NCBI GenBank assembly: GCA_965652025.1
Contig: CBFGTM010000005.1
Coordinates: 3,771 to 67,770, forward strand
Direction of reading: 5' to 3'
DNA: 64,000 bases
DNA from: an uncultured Gemmatimonadales bacterium
Lineage (GTDB): Bacteria; Gemmatimonadota; Gemmatimonadetes; Gemmatimonadales; GWC2-71-9
The notes below the pieces were generated by a model that saw only the letters and a list, made by a program, of their open reading frames with translations, ran no database searches and had not been told where the DNA came from. Below are positions 18,720 to 28,233 of this stretch, piece by piece (position 1 is the stretch's first letter; each line of letters begins with the position of its first letter). Position numbers and translations under genes: made by a program.

Positions 18720-20780
18720 CTACGGGGTGGCGGTAGCGGCCGGCCTTCTCCACGAGTCGTTGGTGGTGACCGCGTCCGGGAGGGTACTGTCTGGATTGAC
18801 CCTGGCGCTGACGACGTTCCTGCCCGCTGGAACCAGGTACACGTACCGGTTGCCTCCGTACCAGATCTCGACCGGCAGCTTGACCAGTTCGGTGGTGGCA
18901 TCCTCGAAACCCAGCTCCAGCTCCACCGGCATGACAGCATCCCCCAGGTTGACGAGGGTCACCTGAGTCGCTCCCGAGGAATCCTGTCTGACGCTCTCGA
19001 CCGACTGATCGAGAGCGGCGCTGGTATAGAAGAACCCGCGCCAGAACCACGCCAGATCCCGTCCGGAGACCTCCTCCATGGTTCGGAAGAAGTCGGCAGG
19101 CTGAGGATGCTTGAATGCCCATCGGCGGGTGTATTCCCGAAACGCGCTGTCGAACACCTGGTTCCCCAGCACCTTGCTCCGGAGGGTGAGCAGCACGATC
19201 GAGGGCTTCACATATGCCAGGCTCAGGAGATTGTCACTGGTCTTGTAGCGATTCGCCGGGGTGAAGATCGGCTGAGCGGTGGGAAGCTGGTCAATCCCAA
19301 TTACCAGCCTGCGTTCCCGCTGGCGAACCGCCGAGTCATCGCGTTTCCAGTACCCCTCCTCCGAGAAGGTATTGATGAACGTGTTGAAGCCCTCGTCCAT
19401 CCAGGCGTACCGCCGCTCGTCGGAGCCCACCACCATGGGGTACCACATGTGGCCGATCTCGTGGGTGAGCACCTTGTACAGGTCGGGCCTGCCGTCACCT
19501 TGGGCCTCCATGGCCATCATCGGATACTCCATGCCGGAGACCGGGCCCTCGACTGCCGATATCTGGGGATAGGGATAGCTGAACCAGCGGCTGCTGTACT
19601 CCTGGATGGAATAGCGGCTCATTCGGGCGGCATCCTGCCAGGTCGCCCGGGCCGAAGATCGATAAAACGCCTGGGCCAGGATACCCTGCCAGCTGGTGGC
19701 GTCCCACAGGTACTCCGGCGAGGCCGCCCAGGCCACGTCGCGCACGTTCTCCGCTTTAAATCGCCAGGTAAGTGAACCGTCGCGGACCGGTCGAGCCGCA
19801 CCGGAGGTGAGCTCGTCACCAGTGACCACATGGACGGTAGTATCGGATTTGAGGGCGGCGGTCAGTCGCTGCCGCTGGGTCCGGGTGAGCACGTCCCCCG
19901 GGTTTTGCAGCACGCCACTGCCTGCTACGATATAGCCGGCAGGAACGGTGACTTCGTAGTCGATGTTGCCGTACTCCAGATAGAACTCGCCCTGGCCCAG
20001 ATACTGATCGGTGTTCCACCCGTGTACGTCATCATAGACAGCCAGACGCGGGTACCACTGAGCAATCTCGTAGAGACTCCCCTCCCGTCCCATGCGATCG
20101 GCTCCATGCTCAGGCACCGCGAATCCGTACGCCAGCTCGAATCCGGTACTGGCACCCGGCGCCACCGGGGTGGCCAGCTCCACGTACATCATCGTGTCGT
20201 CCACCCGAGTCCGAAGCGGAGCGGTGCTGCACTTCGGCTGGGGCTTTGTGGCTGCAGTGCGGCGTCTCCGCCTTGCCGATTCGATCGCCGGCCCTACGCT
20301 GCACTGGACAATGCTGTCGATGACGAAGCCGCCCTCGAAGCCGGCGCCCCCGAACCGACTCTCGGAAGCAAACAGCAACGATCCGGTGCTCCCCGGCCGA
20401 AAGAGATTCTGGTCCAGCTGAAACCAGACGAAGCGGAGGCTATCGGGTGAATTGTTGGTGTAGGCGATCGATTCGGTACCGGTAATCCGCTTGGTGGTGG
20501 TGTCCAGCGTGGCGCGAATGCGGTAATCGACCCGCTGCTGCCAATAGCGGGCTCCGGGAGAGCCGTTAGCCCGGCGGATCTCATTTCCTGGCGGCCAGGG
20601 AATTGGGCTGAAGATGCCGGTGTCGGCCACCGGAGGACGCAAGGTCGGCAGCGTGAGCGGACGAGCGCCCTGAACCGGCGCGGGACTGGTGGGCTCTTGG
20701 GCGCTGAGGAAGCCGAGCAGAGGATGGGCGAACGGGAAAACCAGGGCCGCGACAACGGCGTAGCGCATAGAGCCTTTCAC
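18720..20780 (-). CDS. Secreted M1-family zinc metallopeptidase, paralogue 2
   Basis: HEIGHMWYPMVVGSDERRYAWMDEG, N-terminal signal peptide. Colinear similarity to the downstream paralogue (GAxYWQQxVDYxIRAxLD, AQWYPRLAVYDDVxGWNT). Confidence 0.9.
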   Translation of the reverse strand: MKGSMRYAVVAALVFPFAHPLLGFLSAQEPTSPAPVQGARPLTLPTLRPPVADTGIFSPIPWPPGNEIRRANGSPGARYWQQRVDYRIRATLDTTTKRITGTESIAYTNNSPDSLRFVWFQLDQNLFRPGSTGSLLFASESRFGGAGFEGGFVIDSIVQCSVGPAIESARRRRRTAATKPQPKCSTAPLRTRVDDTMMYVELATPVAPGASTGFELAYGFAVPEHGADRMGREGSLYEIAQWYPRLAVYDDVHGWNTDQYLGQGEFYLEYGNIDYEVTVPAGYIVAGSGVLQNPGDVLTRTQRQRLTAALKSDTTVHVVTGDELTSGAARPVRDGSLTWRFKAENVRDVAWAASPEYLWDATSWQGILAQAFYRSSARATWQDAARMSRYSIQEYSSRWFSYPYPQISAVEGPVSGMEYPMMAMEAQGDGRPDLYKVLTHEIGHMWYPMVVGSDERRYAWMDEGFNTFINTFSEEGYWKRDDSAVRQRERRLVIGIDQLPTAQPIFTPANRYKTSDNLLSLAYVKPSIVLLTLRSKVLGNQVFDSAFREYTRRWAFKHPQPADFFRTMEEVSGRDLAWFWRGFFYTSAALDQSVESVRQDSSGATQVTLVNLGDAVMPVELELGFEDATTELVKLPVEIWYGGNRYVYLVPAGRNVVSARVNPDSTLPDAVTTNDSWRRPAATATP

Positions 20781-20782
20781 GT

Positions 20783-21343
20783 TTAAAGCTTCGGCAACGT
20801 CACCCCGGTCTGCTTCTGGTACTTTCCCTTCTTGTCTTTATAGCTGGTCTCGCAGAGATCGTCGGCGTCGGCCTCGAAAAACAGCACCTGGCAGATTCCC
20901 TCGTTGGCGTAGATCTTCGCCGGCAGTGGCGTGGTATTGCTGATCTCCAGCGTGACATACCCCTCCCACTCGGGCTCGAAGGGGGTCACGTTGGTGATGA
21001 TGCCGCAGCGGGCGTAGGTGGACTTTCCCAGGCAGATGGTCAGCACGTTGCGGGGAATCCGGAAGTACTCGACCGACCGAGCCAGGGCAAAGCTGTTGGG
21101 CGGCACGATGCAGACGTCCCCATCGAACTTGACGAAGCTCCGGTCGTCGAAGTGCTTAGGGTCGACTACCGCTGACAGCACATTGGTGAAGATCCTGAAT
21201 TCCGGCGCCACCCGCATGTCGTAGCCGTAGGAGGAGAGGCCATAGGAGATGGCGCCTTCACGTACCTGTCCGTCCACAAAGGGCTCGATCATCCCGTACT
21301 CACGGGCCATGCGGCGAATCCAGCGGTCAGATTTGATCGACAT
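20783..21343 (-). CDS. dcd: dCTP deaminase
   Basis: [13 protein letters not shown]..., [39 protein letters not shown] 21343 chosen over the longest ORF at 21547. Confidence 0.93.
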   Translation of the reverse strand: MSIKSDRWIRRMAREYGMIEPFVDGQVREGAISYGLSSYGYDMRVAPEFRIFTNVLSAVVDPKHFDDRSFVKFDGDVCIVPPNSFALARSVEYFRIPRNVLTICLGKSTYARCGIITNVTPFEPEWEGYVTLEISNTTPLPAKIYANEGICQVLFFEADADDLCETSYKDKKGKYQKQTGVTLPKL

Positions 21344-21473
21344 TGCGAGCGGGCAGAGGCGGATTGCGTGACACGTGGATGCGCGGGCAGGGTGCCCCGG
21401 TCCGGAACAGGGGCGGAATATAGTAGGATTCGGGAGGCTGGAGCCTGCCTGAAAGGGGGGGCGGGGGACGCCC

Positions 21474-22466
21474 TCAGTCGCCGACGAGCGCCCGCCTGTC
21501 CTCAAGCTCCTTGAAGAGCCGGCTCTCCCGGGGATTCCGAGCAGCACGCTGGCGGAAATAATCGATGGTCTGCGCCAGACCCTCGGCTAAACCGATCTTC
21601 GGCTCCCAACCCAGCCACTCGCGGGCGCGGGTGATGTCCGGTTTCCGCTGGGTTGGATCGTCCTCTGGCAGCGGTCGGTAACTGATCTTGACGTCGCCGC
21701 CGACCATGCGGAGAACCTCGTCGGCCAACTGGCGAATAGTGAACTCGACCGGGTTGCCCAGATTCACCGGCTGGTGTCTCTCCGAGGCGGCCATGAGGCG
21801 GATCAGCCCATCGACCAGCTCGTCCACATAGCAGAAGGATCGAGTCTGTTCACCCGACCCATACACCGTCAGCTCCTGGCCGCGTAGTGCCTGTACAATG
21901 AAGTTGGAAACTACCCGGCCATCGTTCTCCGCCATCCGGGGCCCATAGGTATTGAAGATTCGGGCGATGCGAATGTCCACCTTGTCCTGACGGTGGTAGT
22001 CCATCATCAGTGTTTCGGCGATCCGCTTGCCCTCATCGTAGCAGGAGCGGGGGCCGATCGGGTTGACGTTGCCCCAGTAGCTCTCCATCTGAGGATGCAC
22101 GGTCGGGTCACCATAGACTTCGGAGGTCGAGGCCTGAAGGATCCGGGCGCGCAAGCGCTTGGCCAGCACCAGCATGTTGATGGTGCCGAGGACATTGGAT
22201 TTGACCGTCTTGACCGGGTTGTACTGGTAGTGGATCGGCGCCGCGGGGCAGGCCAGGTTGTAGATCTGGTCCACCTCGAGGAAGAGAGGCTCGGTGACGT
22301 CGTGCCGGAGCACTTCGAACCGCCGGTAGTCGAGCAAGTGCTCGATATTTTCCCGACGTCCGGTGAAGAAGTTATCCAGGGCAATGACGTGGTGGCCGTC
22401 CTTGAGCAGCCGCTCGCAGAGGTGAGAGCCGATAAAGCCGGCACCGCCGGTCACGAGGATGCGCAT
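21474..22466 (-). CDS. uxs: UDP-glucuronate decarboxylase (UDP-xylose synthase), extended SDR
   Basis: [34 protein letters not shown] (YxxxK), [14 protein letters not shown] 22466 chosen over the longest ORF at 22796. Confidence 0.9.
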   Translation of the reverse strand: MRILVTGGAGFIGSHLCERLLKDGHHVIALDNFFTGRRENIEHLLDYRRFEVLRHDVTEPLFLEVDQIYNLACPAAPIHYQYNPVKTVKSNVLGTINMLVLAKRLRARILQASTSEVYGDPTVHPQMESYWGNVNPIGPRSCYDEGKRIAETLMMDYHRQDKVDIRIARIFNTYGPRMAENDGRVVSNFIVQALRGQELTVYGSGEQTRSFCYVDELVDGLIRLMAASERHQPVNLGNPVEFTIRQLADEVLRMVGGDVKISYRPLPEDDPTQRKPDITRAREWLGWEPKIGLAEGLAQTIDYFRQRAARNPRESRLFKELEDRRALVGD

Positions 22467-22811
22467 GGTCCCGTTCGAGTTGAGGGGTGGATACCGCCCT
22501 TGACAACCAAGCCTAATTTCGTGTGACCACCCAGGGCATCTTCCATACCCTCGAGGGTCTTTCTGAACGTGCCCGACGGCGACTCCAACTTGTTGTAACC
22601 TATCACCACCCGGATTGTGCCAGCCGTCCCCCGAGTCCGGCCTGCAGGCCAGTGTTGCACCGGTGCTACAGTTATCTATGGGGGCCTCGGGAGGGACACC
22701 ACCGTAGGGTGAAAACTCCTGCATTCTTGTTGAACTTACGTTCCGATCTTCCAGCCGGCTAGATACTCTCGCACGCCCTGACCGCTCTCTCTTCAAGCTC
22801 GCGGGCGCGGC

Positions 22812-23522
22812 TTAGAGGCACCGCCGGAGCTCCAGCACCTGAATCAAGTTGGCCCATATCGTCCGGAAGTTGTTGACTTTCGAATGGCCAGCAAGCCGCG
22901 GCCGGATCCCGGTCGGAATGCTGGTTACCCGGTAGCCGCCCCGGGAGGTGCGAATGATGAGCTCCATCAACACAGCCCAGCCTCGCCCCTCCGACTCCAA
23001 TTCGATTTTTTCGAGTAACCCTCGGCGGAACATCAGCACGCCTTGGAAGGTGGGCAGTGAGCCGAACAGGGCTCGATAGAGCAGGCGCTCGAGCAGCGAT
23101 AGCATTCGGGAGAGAACCATGCCTGCCCGCCTCGGGATGTACCCCAATACCATATCCTGGCTTGGCATGGCCGCTAACAGCTGCTCGATGGAGGACGCCG
23201 GAAATTGACCATCCGCGGGAAAGAAGGTGAGATAAAGTCCCCGTGCCTCGGCAAAGCCGGTGCGATAGACCGCGCCGAGGCCGCCATTGGGCGTATGGTG
23301 GATGACTCGCACCTGCTGACTTTGCCGAGCCAAATCGTCGGCAATCTGACCAGTGCCGTCGGTGCTGCCATCGTCGATAATCAGCAACTCGTACTCAATC
23401 CCAAGCCGCTGAACCGCCGCGGTAATCTCATCCGCGACGATCTTCAAAGAATCGGCCTCATTGTAGGCCATGATGACAATGGAAAGCTGGAACGACGGCT
23501 CTGGAGGGGATGTCTCGACCAT
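22812..23522 (-). CDS. GT2 polyprenyl-phosphate glycosyltransferase, ArnC/DPM1-like
   Basis: 236 aa from ATG 23522. SIVIMAYNEADS, LLIIDDGSTDGT, short C-terminal region typical of ArnC-like enzymes. The longest ORF (to 24074) runs through the formyltransferase gene in another frame. Confidence 0.85.
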   Translation of the reverse strand: MVETSPPEPSFQLSIVIMAYNEADSLKIVADEITAAVQRLGIEYELLIIDDGSTDGTGQIADDLARQSQQVRVIHHTPNGGLGAVYRTGFAEARGLYLTFFPADGQFPASSIEQLLAAMPSQDMVLGYIPRRAGMVLSRMLSLLERLLYRALFGSLPTFQGVLMFRRGLLEKIELESEGRGWAVLMELIIRTSRGGYRVTSIPTGIRPRLAGHSKVNNFRTIWANLIQVLELRRCL

Positions 23523-23553
23523 CAAGAACGCTCCGGGCCGCGCGAGCAGGACC

Positions 23554-24447
23554 TCACCCAGGTACCACGCCCTGATGCAGTCGTTCGCGCGAGCTCCGCA
23601 GAACAGCGCCGGGTGCACCGCGGCGACCGCGGTACTCAATCTCTTGCAGCCAGAGAAGTCCTTCACCCGTCGCGACCGCAACATCATTGTTGTCGCGTCC
23701 GACGACTTGCCCTGGGACCGCACAGGAGTGCTCGCGCCAAGGGCCTGGTCGTGCGCGCCAGACGACCAGATGCTCGCCGCGATATTGAGCAAAGGCGCCG
23801 ACAAAAGGCTCGCTAGATGCGCGCACGAGTCGCCAGATGTAGTCGGCTGGACGCCACCATTCGATCCGGCCATCCTCCGGGCTGCGGGGGTAGCAATGGA
23901 GGGGGGTGCCGGTTTGCGGCACGGGAGAGTTAGCACCGAGAAGGTTGCTGAGAACCTCGCTGAACATACCGGGTACGTCACGGCGGAGAGCGGCGTAGAG
24001 ATCCCCGATGTACGTTTCTGGAAGCAGAGGGAGACGACGCTTGAGAAAGATGGGACCCGAGTCGAGCCCTGCATCCATCCGATGTATGGTCAGGGCAACG
24101 GAGGATTCTCCGTTCAGTATCGCCCAAGCAAATGGCGCATTCCCGCGATACCGCGGAAGATCACCTCCATGGGCGTTGAGAATACCATGCGGAAAGAGGG
24201 CCAACGTTTCTGGAGGTAGTCGGGTAGGCCAGTTGACGCTTACCGCCACATCCGCATCGAGCCGCGTCGGATCCTCCGTCAGTTCACTACCTAGGTCGCG
24301 GGCACACGCGACCCAGTGGTCACGCGTGAGGTCCGACTCTGCGTTCTCGGGTGCAATCGCAATGCCCACGATCCGGTGCCCCTGGTTGTGAAGCAGGCGA
24401 ACCGTATCAAGCAGCACGGGGCCACGTCCGATGGCCGCGACGTTCAT
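23554..24447 (-). CDS. Formyltransferase (Fmt / ArnA N-domain-like)
   Basis: ILNAHGGDLPRYRGNAPFAWAI and HRMDAGLDSGPI (Asn/His/Asp catalytic pattern of N10-formyl-THF transferases). ATGA overlap with the upstream aminotransferase. Confidence 0.85.
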   Translation of the reverse strand: MNVAAIGRGPVLLDTVRLLHNQGHRIVGIAIAPENAESDLTRDHWVACARDLGSELTEDPTRLDADVAVSVNWPTRLPPETLALFPHGILNAHGGDLPRYRGNAPFAWAILNGESSVALTIHRMDAGLDSGPIFLKRRLPLLPETYIGDLYAALRRDVPGMFSEVLSNLLGANSPVPQTGTPLHCYPRSPEDGRIEWWRPADYIWRLVRASSEPFVGAFAQYRGEHLVVWRARPGPWREHSCAVPGQVVGRDNNDVAVATGEGLLWLQEIEYRGRRGAPGAVLRSSRERLHQGVVPG

Positions 24448-25598
24448 CGGCGATTTAACACTTCCTCCAGGAGTGCCGCCACCACTTTCCGCTGCTCGTC
24501 TGCGGTGATCCTGGAATGCATTGGGAGTGCTATCGCCCGAGCGGCCAGATCATCGGTCACCGGGAAGTCGCCGTTGGTATATCCTCCCTGCTTGGCCCAG
24601 AACCTTGTGAGCGGCACATGGTGGGTTCCGATTCCGACCTCGATTGAGCGGCCGCGAAGTCGGGATATGATCTGTGGCTGTTGGTCTGCCGCCACCCGGG
24701 GCAGCAGGACGACATATGCCTGGTATATGTGCGCTGACGGCTCGAGCGCCAGCGGCTTCCGTATTTCAGTCCCGTCCAGCAGGCGATCATATTCCTCGGC
24801 TACACGGCGCCTGTGGCCGAGCAGCTCGGAGAGTCGCTGCATCTGGACCAGGCCCATGGCGGCTTGAAATTCAGTGAGTCGGTAGTTGAAACCGGGCGCG
24901 ACGAACTCCGGGCTGGAGGATAACGGATCGAGGCCATGGTTGCGCAGAGTTCGAACCCGACGAGCGAGCTCTGGCCGGCTGGTCGTCACTGCTCCTCCCT
25001 CTCCGGTCGTGATCACTTTTCGAGGGTGGAAACTGAAACATCCCAGCACCCCCCAGGCTCCAGCTGGCCGGCCCTGAAGCCAAGCTCCCAAGGCGCAGGC
25101 CGCATCCTCGATGACGTAGGCATCATGACGCGTAGCCACGTCCAGAATTGCGGGCATATCCGCCATCCCGCCGAAAGCGTGCACCGGCAGGATGGCCTTT
25201 ACCCGCCCGAGCGGCCGCAGTGCATCGGCGAGACGCTCAGGGTCCATGTTGAAGGTGCGCTCATCTATGTCGACGAACAGCGGTTGCGCACCACACAGCC
25301 CGACCGCATTGGCGGTCGCCGGCCAGGAATAGGTCGGAACGGCCACCACGTCGCCAGGACGGACGCCTAGAGCCAAGAGAGCGAGGTGCAATGCCGCCGT
25401 GCCGCTACTCACTACAATCGCATCGGAGCTTCTCGCCGCGGCAGCAATTTGACCCTCGAAGGCCCGAACCCGCTCCCCCTGCACCAAGAATCCGGACTGC
25501 AGGACCTGTGATATTGCCTCCACCTCCTCGGCCCCAATCGAGGGAGAACCTAGGCGGATTAGGCTTTTGTCTCGCCCGCTGCCTGGGTCCGATACCAT
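24444..25598 (-). CDS. DegT/DnrJ/EryC1/StrS-family PLP sugar aminotransferase (ArnB-like)
   Basis: IGAEEVEAISQVLQSGFLVQG, SSGTAALHLAL, FSFHPRKVITTGEGG (PLP Lys). Confidence 0.9.
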   Translation of the reverse strand: MVSDPGSGRDKSLIRLGSPSIGAEEVEAISQVLQSGFLVQGERVRAFEGQIAAAARSSDAIVVSSGTAALHLALLALGVRPGDVVAVPTYSWPATANAVGLCGAQPLFVDIDERTFNMDPERLADALRPLGRVKAILPVHAFGGMADMPAILDVATRHDAYVIEDAACALGAWLQGRPAGAWGVLGCFSFHPRKVITTGEGGAVTTSRPELARRVRTLRNHGLDPLSSSPEFVAPGFNYRLTEFQAAMGLVQMQRLSELLGHRRRVAEEYDRLLDGTEIRKPLALEPSAHIYQAYVVLLPRVAADQQPQIISRLRGRSIEVGIGTHHVPLTRFWAKQGGYTNGDFPVTDDLAARAIALPMHSRITADEQRKVVAALLEEVLNRR

Positions 25599-26545
25599 TG
25601 GATCGTCCGTTGAAGGCCGTCTTCCAGGTCGACCTGCGGCTCATACCCGAGCAGTCGTCGAGCCTTCTCAATGTTGGGAATCCGCAACTCCACGTCCGTC
25701 TGGTCCCACGGTATGAATGACATTTTTGACCGGGAACCGGAGAGGCGCACAATTTGCATTGCCAAGTTGTAGATGGTCACGACGCTGCGCGGATTTCCGA
25801 TGTTGAATGCCTGACCAATCGCCTCGTCCCGTTCGAGGCAGGCCAAGAGCCCGGTGGCCATGTCATCCACGTAGCACCATGCTCGAATTTGACTTCCGTC
25901 GTTGTGAATCGTGATGTCCTCACCGCGGAGCGCCTGGACGATAAAGCGGTGAATTGCCCCCTCGCCGATCTGGCCTGGACCATAGATGTTGAACGGTCGA
26001 ACCGAGACGGCGGGTATGCGGAATTGCTTGTGGTAGTTGTGAGCGAGGTGCTCAGTCGCGAGCTTACTGACCGCATAGGTCCAGCGAGCTTCACCGACAG
26101 CTCCGAGGCTGGTCAGATCGGCTTCCCGCACGTTGTACGCGTAGGCCCCGAACACCTCGCTGGTAGAGAAGTCCACGAATCGCTCGAGACGCGGCTGTCG
26201 GCGGGCAGCCTCCAGCATGTTATACGTGCCCAGGATCGCCACCTTCATGGTGTCGACGGGCATCCGAAGCACCGTATCCACTCCGGCGATCGCCGCCAGG
26301 TGAACAATGATCTCGCAGCCTTCTGCGGCGGCGTGGGCTGCGTCCGGATCGGTGACGTCCCCGCAGATGATCTTCACGTTGGGATGATCTGAGAGACGGG
26401 TATGACGCAGCGCGTTGCGGTGGTAATTGTCCAGGATGACGATCTCGTTCTGATCCACTAAGCGCCCCGCCAGCGTCGTCCCGATGAAGCCCGCGCCTCC
26501 TGTGAGAAGGATCTTTTTGCCTTGAATCACTGACCCTCCTGCCAC
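25559..26545 (-). CDS. Extended SDR nucleotide-sugar enzyme, decarboxylase-type (ArnA C-domain/UXS-like)
   Basis: [23 protein letters not shown] (T-S-E), YAVSKLATE (YxxxK). Exact reaction not determinable from sequence. Confidence 0.85.
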   Translation of the reverse strand: MAGGSVIQGKKILLTGGAGFIGTTLAGRLVDQNEIVILDNYHRNALRHTRLSDHPNVKIICGDVTDPDAAHAAAEGCEIIVHLAAIAGVDTVLRMPVDTMKVAILGTYNMLEAARRQPRLERFVDFSTSEVFGAYAYNVREADLTSLGAVGEARWTYAVSKLATEHLAHNYHKQFRIPAVSVRPFNIYGPGQIGEGAIHRFIVQALRGEDITIHNDGSQIRAWCYVDDMATGLLACLERDEAIGQAFNIGNPRSVVTIYNLAMQIVRLSGSRSKMSFIPWDQTDVELRIPNIEKARRLLGYEPQVDLEDGLQRTIQWYRTQAAGETKA

Positions 26546-26619
26546 TGGGGAGCCGCGTTGTTGACTCGGGAAGACTTACCACCAAGCTGTGATGCGAGAA
26601 TATCGGAGGTGGTGCAAAG

Positions 26620-28233
26620 ATGATGCCCAGCTTGGAACAGGCAAGGTCATGGCCCACCAGATCGCGGGGGGACGCCAAGCAGACCCGGGCTGCCTTCGGT
26701 CGGGCGGCGATCCTGGCAATTGGGATCGCGTTGACGGCGATCATCTATCTGCCATTTGCCGCCAGGCCCTTCGATGTGCTGGACTTCGGGGAATTTCTAC
26801 CCCTGATCCGCAGCAATCCAACATTCCTCACTCAGCTAAAAGCGCTACTCCGCTACTATGTCGAGGATCAGGGCCGGCTTAACGTGATACCGTATTTCTT
26901 TATTGTCACCAAGTGGTTCTTCTTCGGGTGGCACGTCCCCCTGTGGCAGACTGCGCGCTTCATCGAAATGTGGCTGATCGTCGCCGGCGTCTACGTCGTG
27001 CTTCGAGATCTCGGTATCGCACGTTTTGGCGCTCTATGCGGTGCCGCACTGTTTGTCGTCGCCCCTCCCGCCATGGCCGTTTGGGTAAGGCTGACCGTCG
27101 CCGAGCCCTTCGGGACCCTCCTGCTTCTCCTGGCGACACATCTGGCGACCGGATATCAGGAAGACGAACGCTGGCGCTTGCGGGCCGGTGCTATCGTTCT
27201 CCTACTTCTGGCAATTGCATTCACCAAGGAGATGCTGCTTGCCACCACGCCTTTCGTGCTCGCGGTGGCGTGCACCCGCAGCCCCGACGGACGTTTCGAG
27301 CCGCTCAGAGCCAGTCACCGCAATCGCTACCTAGTTGGTCTTGCCGGCTCGGTCCTGTCGGTGGCGGCGATGGCCATCGTGTGGGTGGCACTCCATGCGA
27401 AAGCAGATTCCCTTGCAAGGCAATATGGTACGGTCGCGGTTTCAATTGACAATTTTCTCGCCCCGCTCCTTCTGTTCCTGCTTCCGGGATATTCCCTCGG
27501 ATTTCCCGCTTTTCCTCGGGCCTTGATCATTGCTGACGAGGTGTTTCTGGCCATCCTCGCGGGCGGCTGGTGGCTCGCATTCAGAAACGCAGTCGACAAA
27601 TCGGAGATGCGGAGGCGCCTGGCAATACCGCTCCTCCTCCTACTCCCGGCCGCATTGGTGTATGTGCCATGGCATGTTGAAGTCGCCTATGGTTTGCCTT
27701 TCCTTCTCGCCCCGGCTTTCCTACTCGGGTACGCACTGACGTCGATTCAAGGTTTCTACAAGCGCCGCGTCGTCCTCATCGGAGCCCTCACACTTCTTAT
27801 CCTGGTATCGTGCGCGATTAGCGCGCACCACTTCGCCCGGCGCGCCCTCGCCTTGCAGCGGGTTAACGCTGCAGTCGCAGCTAGAATCGCAGCATCCACT
27901 GCACAGGACTCGACTCTCGTTACCATGGCCACTCCGCCGAAGCTGGCCTGGATTGGCCCTGGGCCGACATTAGCTCGCTACGTGCTGGCGACGACCGGGC
28001 ACCCGGTCGTAAGCCCCGTGCGAGACATCTCCTGCGCCGAGCTCGAGCCTGCCCTGCAGGCGAGCTCGAGGCTGCTCATCGTAAGCTACCATTTTCGCTG
28101 TGGCAGCCTCTCCCATCCAGATGTGATCCTTCGTCGCTACTTCCGATATCTTGACCTTTCAACCTTGGCACTCAGCGTCGACTCTGTTCGGGCTGACTTG
28201 TTGTTCCACAATCTGCGGGGTGGGTTGCCCTGA
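26620..28233 (+). CDS. Polytopic membrane protein, GT-C-like (possible ArnT-type transferase); family unresolved
   Basis: 537 aa, many hydrophobic segments, FDVLDFGEF loop after the first TM segment, AFTKEMLL motif. Divergent from the Arn-like cassette. The 3' end overlaps the convergent gene by 62 nt. Confidence 0.6.
   Translation: MMPSLEQARSWPTRSRGDAKQTRAAFGRAAILAIGIALTAIIYLPFAARPFDVLDFGEFLPLIRSNPTFLTQLKALLRYYVEDQGRLNVIPYFFIVTKWFFFGWHVPLWQTARFIEMWLIVAGVYVVLRDLGIARFGALCGAALFVVAPPAMAVWVRLTVAEPFGTLLLLLATHLATGYQEDERWRLRAGAIVLLLLAIAFTKEMLLATTPFVLAVACTRSPDGRFEPLRASHRNRYLVGLAGSVLSVAAMAIVWVALHAKADSLARQYGTVAVSIDNFLAPLLLFLLPGYSLGFPAFPRALIIADEVFLAILAGGWWLAFRNAVDKSEMRRRLAIPLLLLLPAALVYVPWHVEVAYGLPFLLAPAFLLGYALTSIQGFYKRRVVLIGALTLLILVSCAISAHHFARRALALQRVNAAVAARIAASTAQDSTLVTMATPPKLAWIGPGPTLARYVLATTGHPVVSPVRDISCAELEPALQASSRLLIVSYHFRCGSLSHPDVILRRYFRYLDLSTLALSVDSVRADLLFHNLRGGLP

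Noticed and set aside
18669-19775. 368-aa plus-strand ORF opposite the M1 peptidase genes
   Set aside because: It is antisense to two genes with HExxH...E active sites and signal peptides, and it has no motif of its own.
22467-22811. 345-nt lower-GC spacer between the ArnC-like GT2 and uxs, with perfect palindromes GGCCTGCAGGCC (22639-22650) and GCACCGGTGC (22657-22666); considered as an ncRNA or riboswitch
   Set aside because: I cannot recognise any known RNA family, tRNA-like arm or terminator. Loop-less palindromes alone are weak evidence. It is probably promoter or UTR sequence. A covariance-model scan (Rfam) would settle it.
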